64,000 nucleotides of DNA from positions 128,001 through 192,000 of the forward strand of contig JAVHQC010000033.1 of NCBI GenBank assembly GCA_036170915.1. Direction: 5' to 3'. Positions within the stretch are counted from its first letter, which is position 1. Each line of letters begins with the position of its first letter. The notes beneath the pieces were generated by a model. It ran no database searches. It saw nothing but the letters and a program-made list of their open reading frames with translations, and was not told the DNA's origin. The translations under genes and the position numbers were made by a program. Below, piece after piece: positions 47,472-57,300 of the stretch. The DNA is from Cyanobacteria bacterium auto_48_18 (lineage in GTDB: Bacteria > Cyanobacteriota > Vampirovibrionia > Obscuribacterales > Obscuribacteraceae).

Positions 47472-47510
47472 GAGAAATACACTCTTCGGGGTGTATTTCT
47501 CGTTTTCTTT
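47472..47510 (+). terminator. Intrinsic terminator
   Basis: GAGAAATACACTC-TTCG-GGGTGTATTTCTC followed by T-rich tract. Confidence 0.85.
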
Positions 47511-47531
47511 TTCTTGAGGGTCGGTATATTT

Positions 47532-48140
47532 ATGAAAATTTTGCCTCTCTTTTTGATTTCGGCAGTGGTCGGCATGGCCAGTATTTCTGTGTCGGTGCCG
47601 GCAGCACAGGCGCAATCTCCGCGCTTTGAATATGCTCCTCATTATTGGGAAAAAGATCAGTCGACGGGAGGTCGTCGCCGCCGTGGCTACAACAATCTGG
47701 CACCACTTGTGCTGCAAAACGTACCGAGCGGAAAAACTGTCAGTGCGCAGAATATGACTGGTGTGGATTTCGCCAATCTGCCTAAACGAAGTGCAGTAGC
47801 CCCTGCGAGGACGACAGCGGTGAATTCTGTGGCGTCAGATTCTGGTGCTTTTGGTAAACCAAACGTACCGGCCGCAGCTCGGGCAGGTTCAATCAGACCA
47901 GGACTGCCGATGACTGCGATGCCTGAATTGGCCACAACTCCAGCAAAGCCAATTAAGGCTGCGAGCAAATCCACTAACGCTTTAAGAAATATAAGCGGCA
48001 AGCGACTGGCAAAACTGCCTACTATCCAAAGCTATCCTCAAGGGGCTGGATATGTGTCCGGCTCGACGGCTCCGGCCTTGTATGGCGTGAATACTAAAGC
48101 AAGGATATCGGTCGGTGGCAAGCTGTTGCCCAAGCATTAG
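47532..48140 (+). CDS. Secreted basic low-complexity protein (paralog B2)
   Basis: Signal peptide ending AQA; C-terminal SYPQGAGYVSGSTAP...GKLLPKH. Confidence 0.75.
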   Translation: MKILPLFLISAVVGMASISVSVPAAQAQSPRFEYAPHYWEKDQSTGGRRRRGYNNLAPLVLQNVPSGKTVSAQNMTGVDFANLPKRSAVAPARTTAVNSVASDSGAFGKPNVPAAARAGSIRPGLPMTAMPELATTPAKPIKAASKSTNALRNISGKRLAKLPTIQSYPQGAGYVSGSTAPALYGVNTKARISVGGKLLPKH

Positions 48141-48148
48141 CGGTAACG

Positions 48149-49027
48149 CTATCTAATCGCGCAGTCAAACAATGCAGTGTATCTGTTTCCCTTTTTGATT
48201 GCCGTAATGGGATTTGGAAAGAGCGGGCCACCAAAAGTTGGGCTTTGAATTCTTTGCACGAGATAGCTCGCCATTTCTCTTGCGCCAATCGGCCTTTCAT
48301 TGCCCATCAATTCATCAAGCATTCTCATTCTGCGAGACATGCGAGTTGATTCTGCAATCTGCTTAAAATTGGCCTCGAGCATCATTAAGCCATTTTTTTG
48401 ACTTTCGCTCAAATTTGGGGCCGTAAAAGCCTTCCTTACTTCGGCGTGCGTAATGGACGCATCTTTATCTGCATCTATCCATTTGGCGTTACTGCGTAGG
48501 AAGTTGAGGGCGCCATATTCGCCTGGTGCATGTTTCTGCAGTAGCGCGAGATCCTTGTCCAGATCGCCTCGCCATCCAGTGACAACATTCAGGTCTTCTC
48601 TAGACATAGCATCTGATTTGTCATTGCTAGCCGAAGCGAGGAATGGAAAATGATTCCGTACAAAGTTTAAATAGGTTTTGTCACTGGCGTTGACGTTGTG
48701 GTCGTTAATGGCGGCCCGGCATTCGTAGTAGCCCAGGGCTTTATCACCGTTGGTGTCATCTTTACTTGCATTCTTGTCGAACCAACCGGTCACATCCTCT
48801 AATTTTACTGTGGGCAAAACTTTATTGGCGGTGTCTGTTTCTTTTGCACCCAGCCTGGCCAGCATTTCTTTGCTGTGGTCAAGAAACATATTATGTGGAA
48901 TGGTGTCGCGTCTACTTTGGTCTCGTTGATCGAACGCATATATTGGCGGTTTGCCATCAGTAGGATCGGTTGTATCTGCGCCGGTGTCGAATTCTTTCAT
49001 GATTGATTTCCTTAGCAGGTGTGTCAA
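48149..49027 (-). CDS. Hypothetical protein with EF-hand-like loops
   Basis: DTNGDKALGYYE and DADKDASITHAE loops. Confidence 0.65.
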   Translation of the reverse strand: MTHLLRKSIMKEFDTGADTTDPTDGKPPIYAFDQRDQSRRDTIPHNMFLDHSKEMLARLGAKETDTANKVLPTVKLEDVTGWFDKNASKDDTNGDKALGYYECRAAINDHNVNASDKTYLNFVRNHFPFLASASNDKSDAMSREDLNVVTGWRGDLDKDLALLQKHAPGEYGALNFLRSNAKWIDADKDASITHAEVRKAFTAPNLSESQKNGLMMLEANFKQIAESTRMSRRMRMLDELMGNERPIGAREMASYLVQRIQSPTFGGPLFPNPITAIKKGNRYTALFDCAIR

Positions 49028-49139
49028 TCATCGGGGGTTTTTGAATCTACACGGCTGCAATAGTTTTTGGACAGAGGCGAGTGCACTTGCTGTCCTTAAA
49101 TGGTAATGTCAACCAGTGCTTCTATTTGAGGGCTGAAAA

Positions 49140-49685
49140 TTGTCTACTGAGCTAGTTATACCTGGGCCAGATGAACCCATCGGTTTTCCCATATCGCCGC
49201 TGAAGTTGGCGGTTATGCACGTTGCCACTTTTGGCCTCTATGACATTTTTTGGGCCTGGAAGAATTTTGCTAGCCTAAGTTATCCCAGTCGCAATGGATT
49301 TCGCAGGATGATTTTTGCGCTATTTCTTTCCCTATCTTTGCACGGACTATTGAAAAGATTCAAAGAATTGGGTGCTCAGCTCGGGCACAATGTAGATATA
49401 AGGCAAAATGCACTAGCCATTTCGTTCTTCTTACTAGTAATCATAAGTAATATCATTCTTCGAGCGAAAGACCCGGCATTAGTACATTTCCTTCCCGGAT
49501 TATTAGTGGTCGTTCCGCTCTATTTGAGTCAGTCGAAAATAAACGAGCTACATTGTGCTCTCAGGCCTAACATAGCCGTCGATGCCAAATTCAATGTAGC
49601 AAACATAATTGGTATTGTCGTTGGAGGAATTATGTGGCTCCTAATCTTGGTTGGCTCGTTTCTGCCACCGCTTCCAACGGATTAG
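49140..49685 (+). CDS. Membrane protein (DUF4234-like N-terminus)
   Basis: TFGLYDIFWAWKNF motif, several TMs. Confidence 0.65.
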   Translation: MSTELVIPGPDEPIGFPISPLKLAVMHVATFGLYDIFWAWKNFASLSYPSRNGFRRMIFALFLSLSLHGLLKRFKELGAQLGHNVDIRQNALAISFFLLVIISNIILRAKDPALVHFLPGLLVVVPLYLSQSKINELHCALRPNIAVDAKFNVANIIGIVVGGIMWLLILVGSFLPPLPTD

Positions 49686-49867
49686 AAAAAATATTTGAAA
49701 TTTCCGTCTGCCATGGGAATTACCACATATTCAAGGTCGGGGATAAGCCTTATTGTTCATGCATAAGCCAGACGAAGCGATTGCACGGCGGTCACCTGCA
49801 AGTCCTCAAATAAGTCTGACAACCAATTAAATGCAGTTCCAACTAAATATCAGAGGTTTCTTTCACC

Positions 49868-50296
49868 ATGAATAAAGTATCAACCCTAGCCAAGAAAATT
49901 TCCAAGTCGCACTCATTCAAAGTCGCTACCCGCCTGGGATTTGTACTTGCTCCCCAGTTGGTGTTGATGGCCTTTGGAGTTTATGATCAAGCCGCTCACG
50001 CACAAGGTTTGGTTGGCGCACCAGTTGATCCACGTTATGGACAATCAAACGAAGTTGGCCAATTGGCAGACTACGGATATGACTGTGCAAGAGATATTTC
50101 CCGCGTAGTTACTGCTCTGTCCACTGTTCCATCATCTTTAGCCGGCATGAAGATTGCCTTCGGTCAAAGAGACGGCGGTGAGTCAGCAATGAACGTAGCG
50201 AAAGGCCTGGGCATCGGATTCGGCGGACCAACTGCTGTTCACTTGCTCGGAACATTCGCCATCAACAACATGGGCGGTCTGGGTGGCGGTCTCTAA
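49868..50296 (+). CDS. VirB2/TrbC-like pilin, copy 1
   Basis: Long leader ending AHA; AGMKIAFG...VAKGLGIGFGGPTAVHLL two-helix pattern; upstream of VirB6/VirB4-like genes. Confidence 0.75.
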   Translation: MNKVSTLAKKISKSHSFKVATRLGFVLAPQLVLMAFGVYDQAAHAQGLVGAPVDPRYGQSNEVGQLADYGYDCARDISRVVTALSTVPSSLAGMKIAFGQRDGGESAMNVAKGLGIGFGGPTAVHLLGTFAINNMGGLGGGL

Positions 50297-50345
50297 ACCA
50301 AGAGACGCGAAACACCTATATAAAGACTGCTGACGAAAGCTCTCG

Positions 50346-50377
50346 AGAGCCGGGTTTTGGCCCGGCTCTTGCGTTTT
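50346..50377 (+). terminator. Terminator after pilin copy 1
   Basis: AGAGCCGGG-TTTTGG-CCCGGCTCT then TGCGTTTT. Confidence 0.7.
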
Positions 50378-50656
50378 GTCCGAATATTGTTCAAATCAGT
50401 CCAGACCCTCGACTACTCACATCAGCTTTTGACTCAACTGGCGTTGGGCGGCTACGTATTTCTCCCACGAATTCCTCGAAATATGAGTAATTTCTCCGTC
50501 TTGCATGGGAATTACCACATATTCAAGGCCGTGGGAAAGTTTTATTGTTCTCCCATAAGCCAGACGAAGCGATTGCATGTCGGTCAACGGCAATCAACAA
50601 ACTGAGTCTGACACCCGCACCAAAGCTGCTCCACGTAATCAGAGGTTTCTTCCACC

Positions 50657-51085
50657 ATGAATAAAGTTACATCCCTCGCTAAAAAAGTTTCTCAGTCTCA
50701 CTCTTTCAAAGTCGCTACCCGCCTGGGATTTGTACTTGCTCCCCAGTTGGTTTTGATGGCTTTCGGAGTATATGACCAGGCCGCTCACGCACAAGGCCTT
50801 GTAGGTGCCCCAGTAGACCCACGTTACGGACAATCAAACGAAGTAGGCCAATTGGCAGACTACGGTTATGACTGTGCAAGAGATATTTCCCGCGTAGTTA
50901 CTGCTCTATCGACTGTTCCATCATCTTTAGCTGGCATGAAAATTGCCTTCGGCCAAAGAGACGGTGGAGAATCGGCCATGAACGTTGCAAAAGGCTTGGG
51001 CATCGGATTCGGCGGACCAACCGCAGTTCACTTGCTCGGAACATTCGCCATCAACAACATGGGTGGTCTGGGTGGCGGTCTCTAA
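50657..51085 (+). CDS. VirB2/TrbC-like pilin, copy 2
   Basis: Mature part identical to copy 1. Confidence 0.75.
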   Translation: MNKVTSLAKKVSQSHSFKVATRLGFVLAPQLVLMAFGVYDQAAHAQGLVGAPVDPRYGQSNEVGQLADYGYDCARDISRVVTALSTVPSSLAGMKIAFGQRDGGESAMNVAKGLGIGFGGPTAVHLLGTFAINNMGGLGGGL

Positions 51086-51117
51086 TTCGAGACAGTTCGC
51101 TCATCGAAAATAAGTTT

Positions 51118-51143
51118 AAAAGCCGGGCCCAGCCCGGCTTTTT
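51118..51143 (+). terminator. Terminator after pilin copy 2
   Basis: AAAAGCCGGG-CCCAG-CCCGGCTTTTT. Confidence 0.8.
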
Positions 51144-51406
51144 GCTGTGTTGATGGTCTTGCGCGGTTGGCTAGGGGGCCTCTAATAGATAGTTCCAAAA
51201 CGCAGAGAAAAATTGCGCAAATTTCTCTGCTTGATTAAGTGCAGAAAAAAACTTTTCGCACTTCGTGTTTTCCACATATTCAGGCCGGTGGGAAAAAGCT
51301 ATTGTTCACACATAAGCCGGACGAAACGCAAATCCAATAATGATTTCAGCAAATCGCAACCGACAAACTCTTCGCTCCTATCTACAACTAGAGGTTTTCT
51401 TTCACC

Positions 51407-51835
51407 ATGAATAAAGTTGCATCCCTCGCTAAAAAAGTTTCGAAGTCGCACTCTTTCAAAGTCGCAACACGCCTGGGATTTGTACTTGCTCCCCAGTTGG
51501 TGTTGATGGCCTTTGGAGTTTATGATCAAGCCGCTCACGCACAAGGTTTGGTTGGCGCACCAGTTGATCCACGTTATGGACAATCAAACGAAGTTGGCCA
51601 ATTGGCAGACTACGGATATGACTGTGCAAGAGATATTTCCCGCGTAGTTACTGCTCTGTCCACTGTTCCATCATCTTTAGCCGGCATGAAGATTGCCTTC
51701 GGTCAAAGAGACGGCGGTGAATCAGCAATGAACGTAGCGAAAGGCTTGGGCATCGGATTCGGCGGACCAACCGCAGTTCACTTGCTCGGAACATTCGCCA
51801 TCAACAACATGGGCGGCCTGGGTGGCGGTCTCTAA
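51407..51835 (+). CDS. VirB2/TrbC-like pilin, copy 3
   Basis: Mature part identical to copy 1. Confidence 0.75.
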   Translation: MNKVASLAKKVSKSHSFKVATRLGFVLAPQLVLMAFGVYDQAAHAQGLVGAPVDPRYGQSNEVGQLADYGYDCARDISRVVTALSTVPSSLAGMKIAFGQRDGGESAMNVAKGLGIGFGGPTAVHLLGTFAINNMGGLGGGL

Positions 51836-51878
51836 TTAGAGGCTCAACCGTTCAGACTCTCTGCAAAAAAGCTCTAAT

Positions 51879-51906
51879 GAGCCGGGTTCTGCCCGGCTCT
51901 TGCTTT
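51879..51906 (+). terminator. Terminator after pilin copy 3
   Basis: GAGCCGGG-TTCTG-CCCGGCTC then TTGCTTT. Confidence 0.7.
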
Positions 51907-52184
51907 ATCTAGTTATGACGACTATGTAGAGCTCGTTCGAACAATTTGAAAGCGCGACGGAATCAAGTTCCACTTGACTTCGTAATGCCACCATGAAAAT
52001 CTCTGAAAATGAGCAAAATTGCCGTTTGCCATGGGAATTACAACATATCCAAGGCCTCCGCAAAGCCTTATTGTTGTCCCATAAGCCAGACGAAGCGATT
52101 GCATGTCGGTCAACTGCAAATCAACAAATTAAGTCTGACACCCGCACTAAAAGCTGCTCCACGCAATCAGAGGTTTCTTCCACC

Positions 52185-52613
52185 ATGAATAAAGTTACAT
52201 CCCTCGCTAAAAAAGTTTCTCAGTCTCACTCTTTCAAAGTCGCTACCCGCCTGGGATTTGTACTTGCTCCCCAGTTGGTTTTGATGGCTTTCGGAGTATA
52301 TGACCAGGCCGCTCACGCACAAGGCCTTGTAGGTGCCCCAGTAGACCCACGTTACGGACAATCAAACGAAGTAGGCCAATTGGCAGACTACGGTTATGAC
52401 TGTGCAAGAGATATTTCCCGCGTAGTTACTGCTCTATCGACTGTTCCATCATCTTTAGCTGGCATGAAAATTGCCTTCGGCCAAAGAGACGGTGGAGAAT
52501 CGGCCATGAACGTTGCAAAAGGCTTGGGCATCGGATTCGGCGGACCAACCGCAGTTCACTTGCTCGGAACATTCGCCATCAACAACATGGGTGGTCTGGG
52601 TGGCGGTCTCTAA
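52185..52613 (+). CDS. VirB2/TrbC-like pilin, copy 4
   Basis: Coding DNA appears identical to copy 2; true ATG at 52185 by homology. Confidence 0.75.
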   Translation: MNKVTSLAKKVSQSHSFKVATRLGFVLAPQLVLMAFGVYDQAAHAQGLVGAPVDPRYGQSNEVGQLADYGYDCARDISRVVTALSTVPSSLAGMKIAFGQRDGGESAMNVAKGLGIGFGGPTAVHLLGTFAINNMGGLGGGL

Positions 52614-52645
52614 TTCGAGACAGTTCGCTCATCGAAAATAAGTTT

Positions 52646-52671
52646 AAAAGCCGGGCCCAGCCCGGCTTTTT
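52646..52671 (+). terminator. Terminator after pilin copy 4
   Basis: Identical to the copy 2 terminator. Confidence 0.8.
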
Positions 52672-52860
52672 GCTGTGTTGATTGTCTAGTTTGGCGTCGA
52701 TTTGATAGTCGATTGGATGGTTTGAATATGCTGTGTCCAAAACGCAGAGAAAAATTGCGCAAATTTCTCTGCTCTATTAGAGGAGGGATAACCGGGGTGC
52801 CAAAATTGGCGCCAGGGCTTACTGTAATAAAACCGCAAAACTTTTTTGGAAGCGAAAATC

Positions 52861-53343
52861 ATGACTATCTTAACTGGCCCAATTCCATCTGTGCCGCGTT
52901 CGCTAAAACAAAGATTGGCGATTTTTGCTGGGCTGCTACTTATTTGTGATTTCTCCACCGGCATTTTGGTCGACTGGGCGAATACGCCATTTTGTGAAAC
53001 TCGTGCTGATGCTAAAGCCCTTCGGTCAAGTTCCTGTGACCGATTCGGAAAGACGACACTTGTCTTGGAGCAGGCCGAAAACAATCTTGATGCAGTCGCT
53101 CAAGATATTGAACAGCAGGTGTGTCCTGGTAGTACCGAACCGGCACACCGCCTCTGCTTTCATTCCCACGATACGGCTTGTATTCTTGCAGCCAATTTGG
53201 AAGACATCGCATACACACGAATGATTCGAGTGCAGAATCGATTGGCAAAAATCATGCAACATCCGTGGCACACAAATTGCCAGCTATACGACGGTGTTGT
53301 CCCTAAATGCCCACTCAGCTTAATCTTATGGATTTTAGGCTAA
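52861..53343 (+). CDS. Short Cys-rich paralog of the VirB6-like N-terminal region (1)
   Basis: DRFGKTTLVLEQAENNLDAVAQDIEQQVCP vs DAPGQTTLVQQQAEQNTEAVAQNVEQQLWP. Confidence 0.6.
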   Translation: MTILTGPIPSVPRSLKQRLAIFAGLLLICDFSTGILVDWANTPFCETRADAKALRSSSCDRFGKTTLVLEQAENNLDAVAQDIEQQVCPGSTEPAHRLCFHSHDTACILAANLEDIAYTRMIRVQNRLAKIMQHPWHTNCQLYDGVVPKCPLSLILWILG

Positions 53344-53409
53344 TTTGATCGTGATAGAAAAGTTTGCGCGCATTTCCCTGTGTGCACGCAGGTACAAGGA
53401 TGCGAGATA

Positions 53410-53880
53410 GTGATTAATCTAACCAGCCCTACTCAATTTGTGCAGCGTTCGTTAAAGCAAAAATTCGCGACACTGGCAGGTCTCTTACTAGTTTGTGATT
53501 TTTCGACCGGCATTTTTGTCGAATGGGCGAATACGCCGATCACGTGCGAGCATTTTGCTATTTTGGGGAAGTCACAGGTATTAGGTTTTCCCTGTTGCGA
53601 TGCATCTGGGCGAACAACATTGGTCCGACAAGAAGCTGAAAATAATTCTGAATGCGTATCGCAGCTGTTAGATATCCAATTAAATCCAAGTGACAGTTGT
53701 TTGGATGGTCTATCTTTCTGCAGCGATAATATCCTCACAAATTTTTTCGAGAATGTTCCCATATATTGCCGTCAAGTCGTAAGCCACCGACTCGGAAAAG
53801 TCCAATGCCGGCTGTTATCGTTAATCAAATTACCGCACTCGTGCCACAGAGGCTGTCCTTTGACGAAGGCTCTCTTCTGA
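53410..53880 (+). CDS. Short Cys-rich paralog of the VirB6-like N-terminal region (2)
   Basis: DASGRTTLVRQEAENNSECVSQ...DNILTNFFENV vs ...DDIISNFFANI; N-terminus close to the previous gene. Confidence 0.6.
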   Translation: MINLTSPTQFVQRSLKQKFATLAGLLLVCDFSTGIFVEWANTPITCEHFAILGKSQVLGFPCCDASGRTTLVRQEAENNSECVSQLLDIQLNPSDSCLDGLSFCSDNILTNFFENVPIYCRQVVSHRLGKVQCRLLSLIKLPHSCHRGCPLTKALF

Positions 53881-53923
53881 CAAAGGCTCTCTTCTGACAA
53901 AGGCTCTCTTCTGACAAAGGCTC
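53861..53923. repeat. 17-bp tandem repeat, about 3.7 units
   Basis: TGAC(A/G)AAGGCTCTCTTC at 53861, 53878, 53895, partial at 53912. Confidence 0.92.
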
Positions 53924-54376
53924 ATTAGGCCTATAAACGTTGCCCGCCTTTGCCTCGCGAAGATTCGGGTCTGACATTTAATATTACAGAGAAATTTTGC
54001 GCAAATTTCTCTGCGTTTTGGAAAGTCAAAATTAACTACCACCCAGGCAGCCAAAAAACACCAAACAAAAATCATTTATCAAAACGCCTCTAGGATGGGA
54101 ATGACCGGGGTGTCAAAACCCACAAGGGGCCTTAAAGTAATATCAGCATCGTGCTGACGTGTGCTTGCGAAGGTCTAAAAAATCTAAACAAGTAAAAATA
54201 TCCCCCGAAAGCCTTAACAGGACATTAAAAGATGCCTGTTTTGCCCGCAGAATGGGAATAACCACACTGACAAGTTTTTATTTTGGCACTAGAGTGTTTT
54301 ACACGAGATACTTTTGCCGGCCTCATAGAGCCCAATAAGCAGTCTTTACTTTCTTTTTTTAAAGCAAAAAACCACA

Positions 54377-57300
54377 GTGGATAACGGAAACAGTCAAGCC
54401 AGTTTTAAAAGACGCTTTCACAAGCAATTATTAGCGCTCGTGGCACTCCTCATGCTGCTTGCGCCATTCGCATTTGCAGTACCGGTGGTGCTGGCGCAAA
54501 CTATGGTGCCTTCGCCAAACGATGATTTCCTTCCAACTGACGGCGGTTCAACCAGTCCTGGCGCCAGCGCGACTCAACCTACTGCCGAAAATATTTACGA
54601 CGCTCCTGGTCAAACCACGTTAGTTCAACAGCAAGCTGAGCAGAACACAGAAGCTGTGGCGCAAAACGTCGAGCAACAATTATGGCCTGATTTTGGTGCT
54701 TATAACGAGACCTATCAGGGCTTAAGCGCATTCTGGGGAGACGACATCATCTCCAACTTCTTCGCCAATATTGGTCAGTTGATTGGTAAATGGCTAAGTG
54801 AATTTATCAACGGTTGGGTCGCAGATGCTGTGCAATTCCTCACCGGCTTCTTGCGCATCTTTGTACTTAACCCCAACATCGCCGTCAACGGATTGAGCAC
54901 TACACCTGGCCAACCAGGTGCCGCCATTGACGATATTTCGCCTTACGTTCGTCAAGGCGCCGATATCATGTACGGTATCGCCATCGATTTGCTCTTATTG
55001 CTCTTCATTCTCTGCATCTGGAAATATTGGGCCGAAGCTGCCTGGCGCGGCGGCGGCAACATGATGGGTGCAGTTGGTCGTCTGATTTTCACTTCCGGTC
55101 TGCTTTTAGCCTGGCCGACAATTTACGCTTTTGAAATTCAGATCACCAACGAAATGATCAAGGCGCTCTATTTCAACTCTGCTGACCAGGTGGCAATGCT
55201 TGATGCCGCTATGGCCGCTGCTGTCAAAGGCGGTCTCGTAGCTGGTGCCGGCTTGTTGGCCAATGCTACTGCACCTATCGCCGGCCAAGTGCTGGGTGGT
55301 GTGCTCGGCGGTGGCGCTGGTGGTATTGTTTTGGGAACGGTTGGTAGCCTGGTTGCCTTTGTTGGTCTGATTATTTACTTAGTGCTGGGCGGCATTTTGA
55401 TTGCCCAACTAATTTATATTCTTGTGCTCAAGGCCATTCAAACTGCTTTGCTCACCGCTCAATATATGTTCGCACCTCTTTTCCTCGTCTTCTTCGCTTT
55501 GCCTGACACTGAAAATGTCTGCTCCGGATTCGTGCGCTCATTTGTTGAAGTCAGCCTCTGGACCTTTGTCTGGGTAGGCATGCTCAAAATTATGGTAATT
55601 GTGGTTCTTTCCGACTTTAACCCGTGGGGCAAAATCGTTATGGCCGTGGGCGTTCTGCAGCTCATGATTCAAGTGCCGTCGTTCTTGGCTCGCGCACAGA
55701 TTTCACCAATGTCAGATTTCATCTCTGCTGGTCTGGTCACTGGTGGTTTGCTCTCAGGTGGTAAGGCTCTAAGTGGAATGCTTGCAGATCGCGGTAAACA
55801 CTTTGCCAATGCCGTGGGTAACTTTGGTTATGCCGGAGCAAAAGGTGCTCCAAAATCACAAAGCGTAGAACTTAACGGTTTGGCTAATGACGTTGCCAAT
55901 CCAGGACTATTGAAAGATATTCGAGGCGCAGCAGCCACAGGTCAAGTTCCTGGTAAAGACGGCAAAAAGCCGCCACCCGGCGCTGGTGGTCTTGGAGCTG
56001 ACGGTAAACCAATCAAGCCACCAGAAGGTCCTAAGGGGCCAAAAGATGGTAAGGGTGGTGCTGGTATAGGACCAGACGGCAAACCAATCGCGCCTGCGGC
56101 CAATCCACTTGGAGCTAAAGGAGCCAAAGGCGAAGGCGAGCAGGGCACCAGTGCCAATGTCGTTCCGCCCGGAACTAAACCAATAACACCAGCTAATCCT
56201 GGCGATAAGAGTGCAGCTGAAGCTCTGGCCAACGCAGGGAAGAACGGCGCTACGGTGGCCGCAGTGGCTGGCGTGGTCGGAGCAGGCATGGCAGCAGCAG
56301 GCGCAAATGGTGCTCTGTCTGAAGCCAACAAAGCGGCTGGAACTGGTGATCAGACCGGTAAAGATTTGAGCGCGCAACAGCTTGCCGAAGCGGCGAAAGC
56401 CACAGGCAACCTAGTTAATGCCGCCGGCAATTTGACCGACGGCAAAGGCAAAGAGCTGCTTGACTCTAAAGGCCAACCTATTAAGGCGACTGTGCCGCCG
56501 GCAGCTGGCGACAAAGGTAAAGCTGGCGAAGTATTAAAAGACCAGGCTACAGTCAGCGCTAAACTGGCTGACGGTAAAGATGCTGCCGGAAAAGTAAATG
56601 GCCCTGAAGCCACAGCCAAAGGCAAAGATCTTGCTACCGGAATCAAGCCTGGTGACTTGCCTAAGGCCGGTGGAGTCGGCACAAACACTGATGGTGCCAG
56701 CCTGAAGACAGCCGGCGATGAAGTCGAAGTTACCGGTCAGAACGAAGATGGCACCAAAGCAGTGGCATCAGCAGTGGTGCCTGGCATGAAGGTAGCTAAT
56801 GCTACAACTACCGGCGCGCCTAATGCTAATCTCAACCCTGACGGCTCTACAAAAACTACTGTTGATGGCGGCAAACCCGGCGGCACAGGCGCCAAGCTTG
56901 AAACAGTCAAAGGCGAGACCAATGTTGTTCCCAAACCTGGTGTCAATCCTGTTGCCACAGGTAACGGTAACAAACCGGTTGTGCCACCAATTAACTCTTC
57001 TCAGCTAGCCACCGCCACTAGTGCCATCGCCACTGGTAAGGGTATTGATCCAACTACAGCAATTGTCACCGGCGACGAAACTTTGAACCCTGCCGATCCT
57101 GGGGCTCCAGTTGTCGCTGATGCTAAAGAAGGAACATTCAATAATAAGCAAGGCACAAACAATGCCGCTACTGCAGCTACTGCTCTAGCAACAGCAGCTA
57201 CAGTTGTGGCGGGTTCAGCAGCGCTGAAGAATGCTGCCACTTCCCCTCAAGGAAAAGTCGAAACCAACGTCACCGGCAAGGTGACAGGCGACGGCTCTAC

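Noticed and set aside
51993..52184. 64-aa N-terminal extension of pilin copy 4
   Set aside because: This DNA is the conserved upstream leader shared with the other copies; homology places the start at 52185.
49868..52613. Pilin quadruplication as an assembly artefact or CRISPR-like array
   Set aside because: Spacers and synonymous sites differ between copies, and the units are full genes with terminators.
53861..53923. CRISPR array
   Set aside because: Head-to-tail 17-bp units without spacers; no cas genes.
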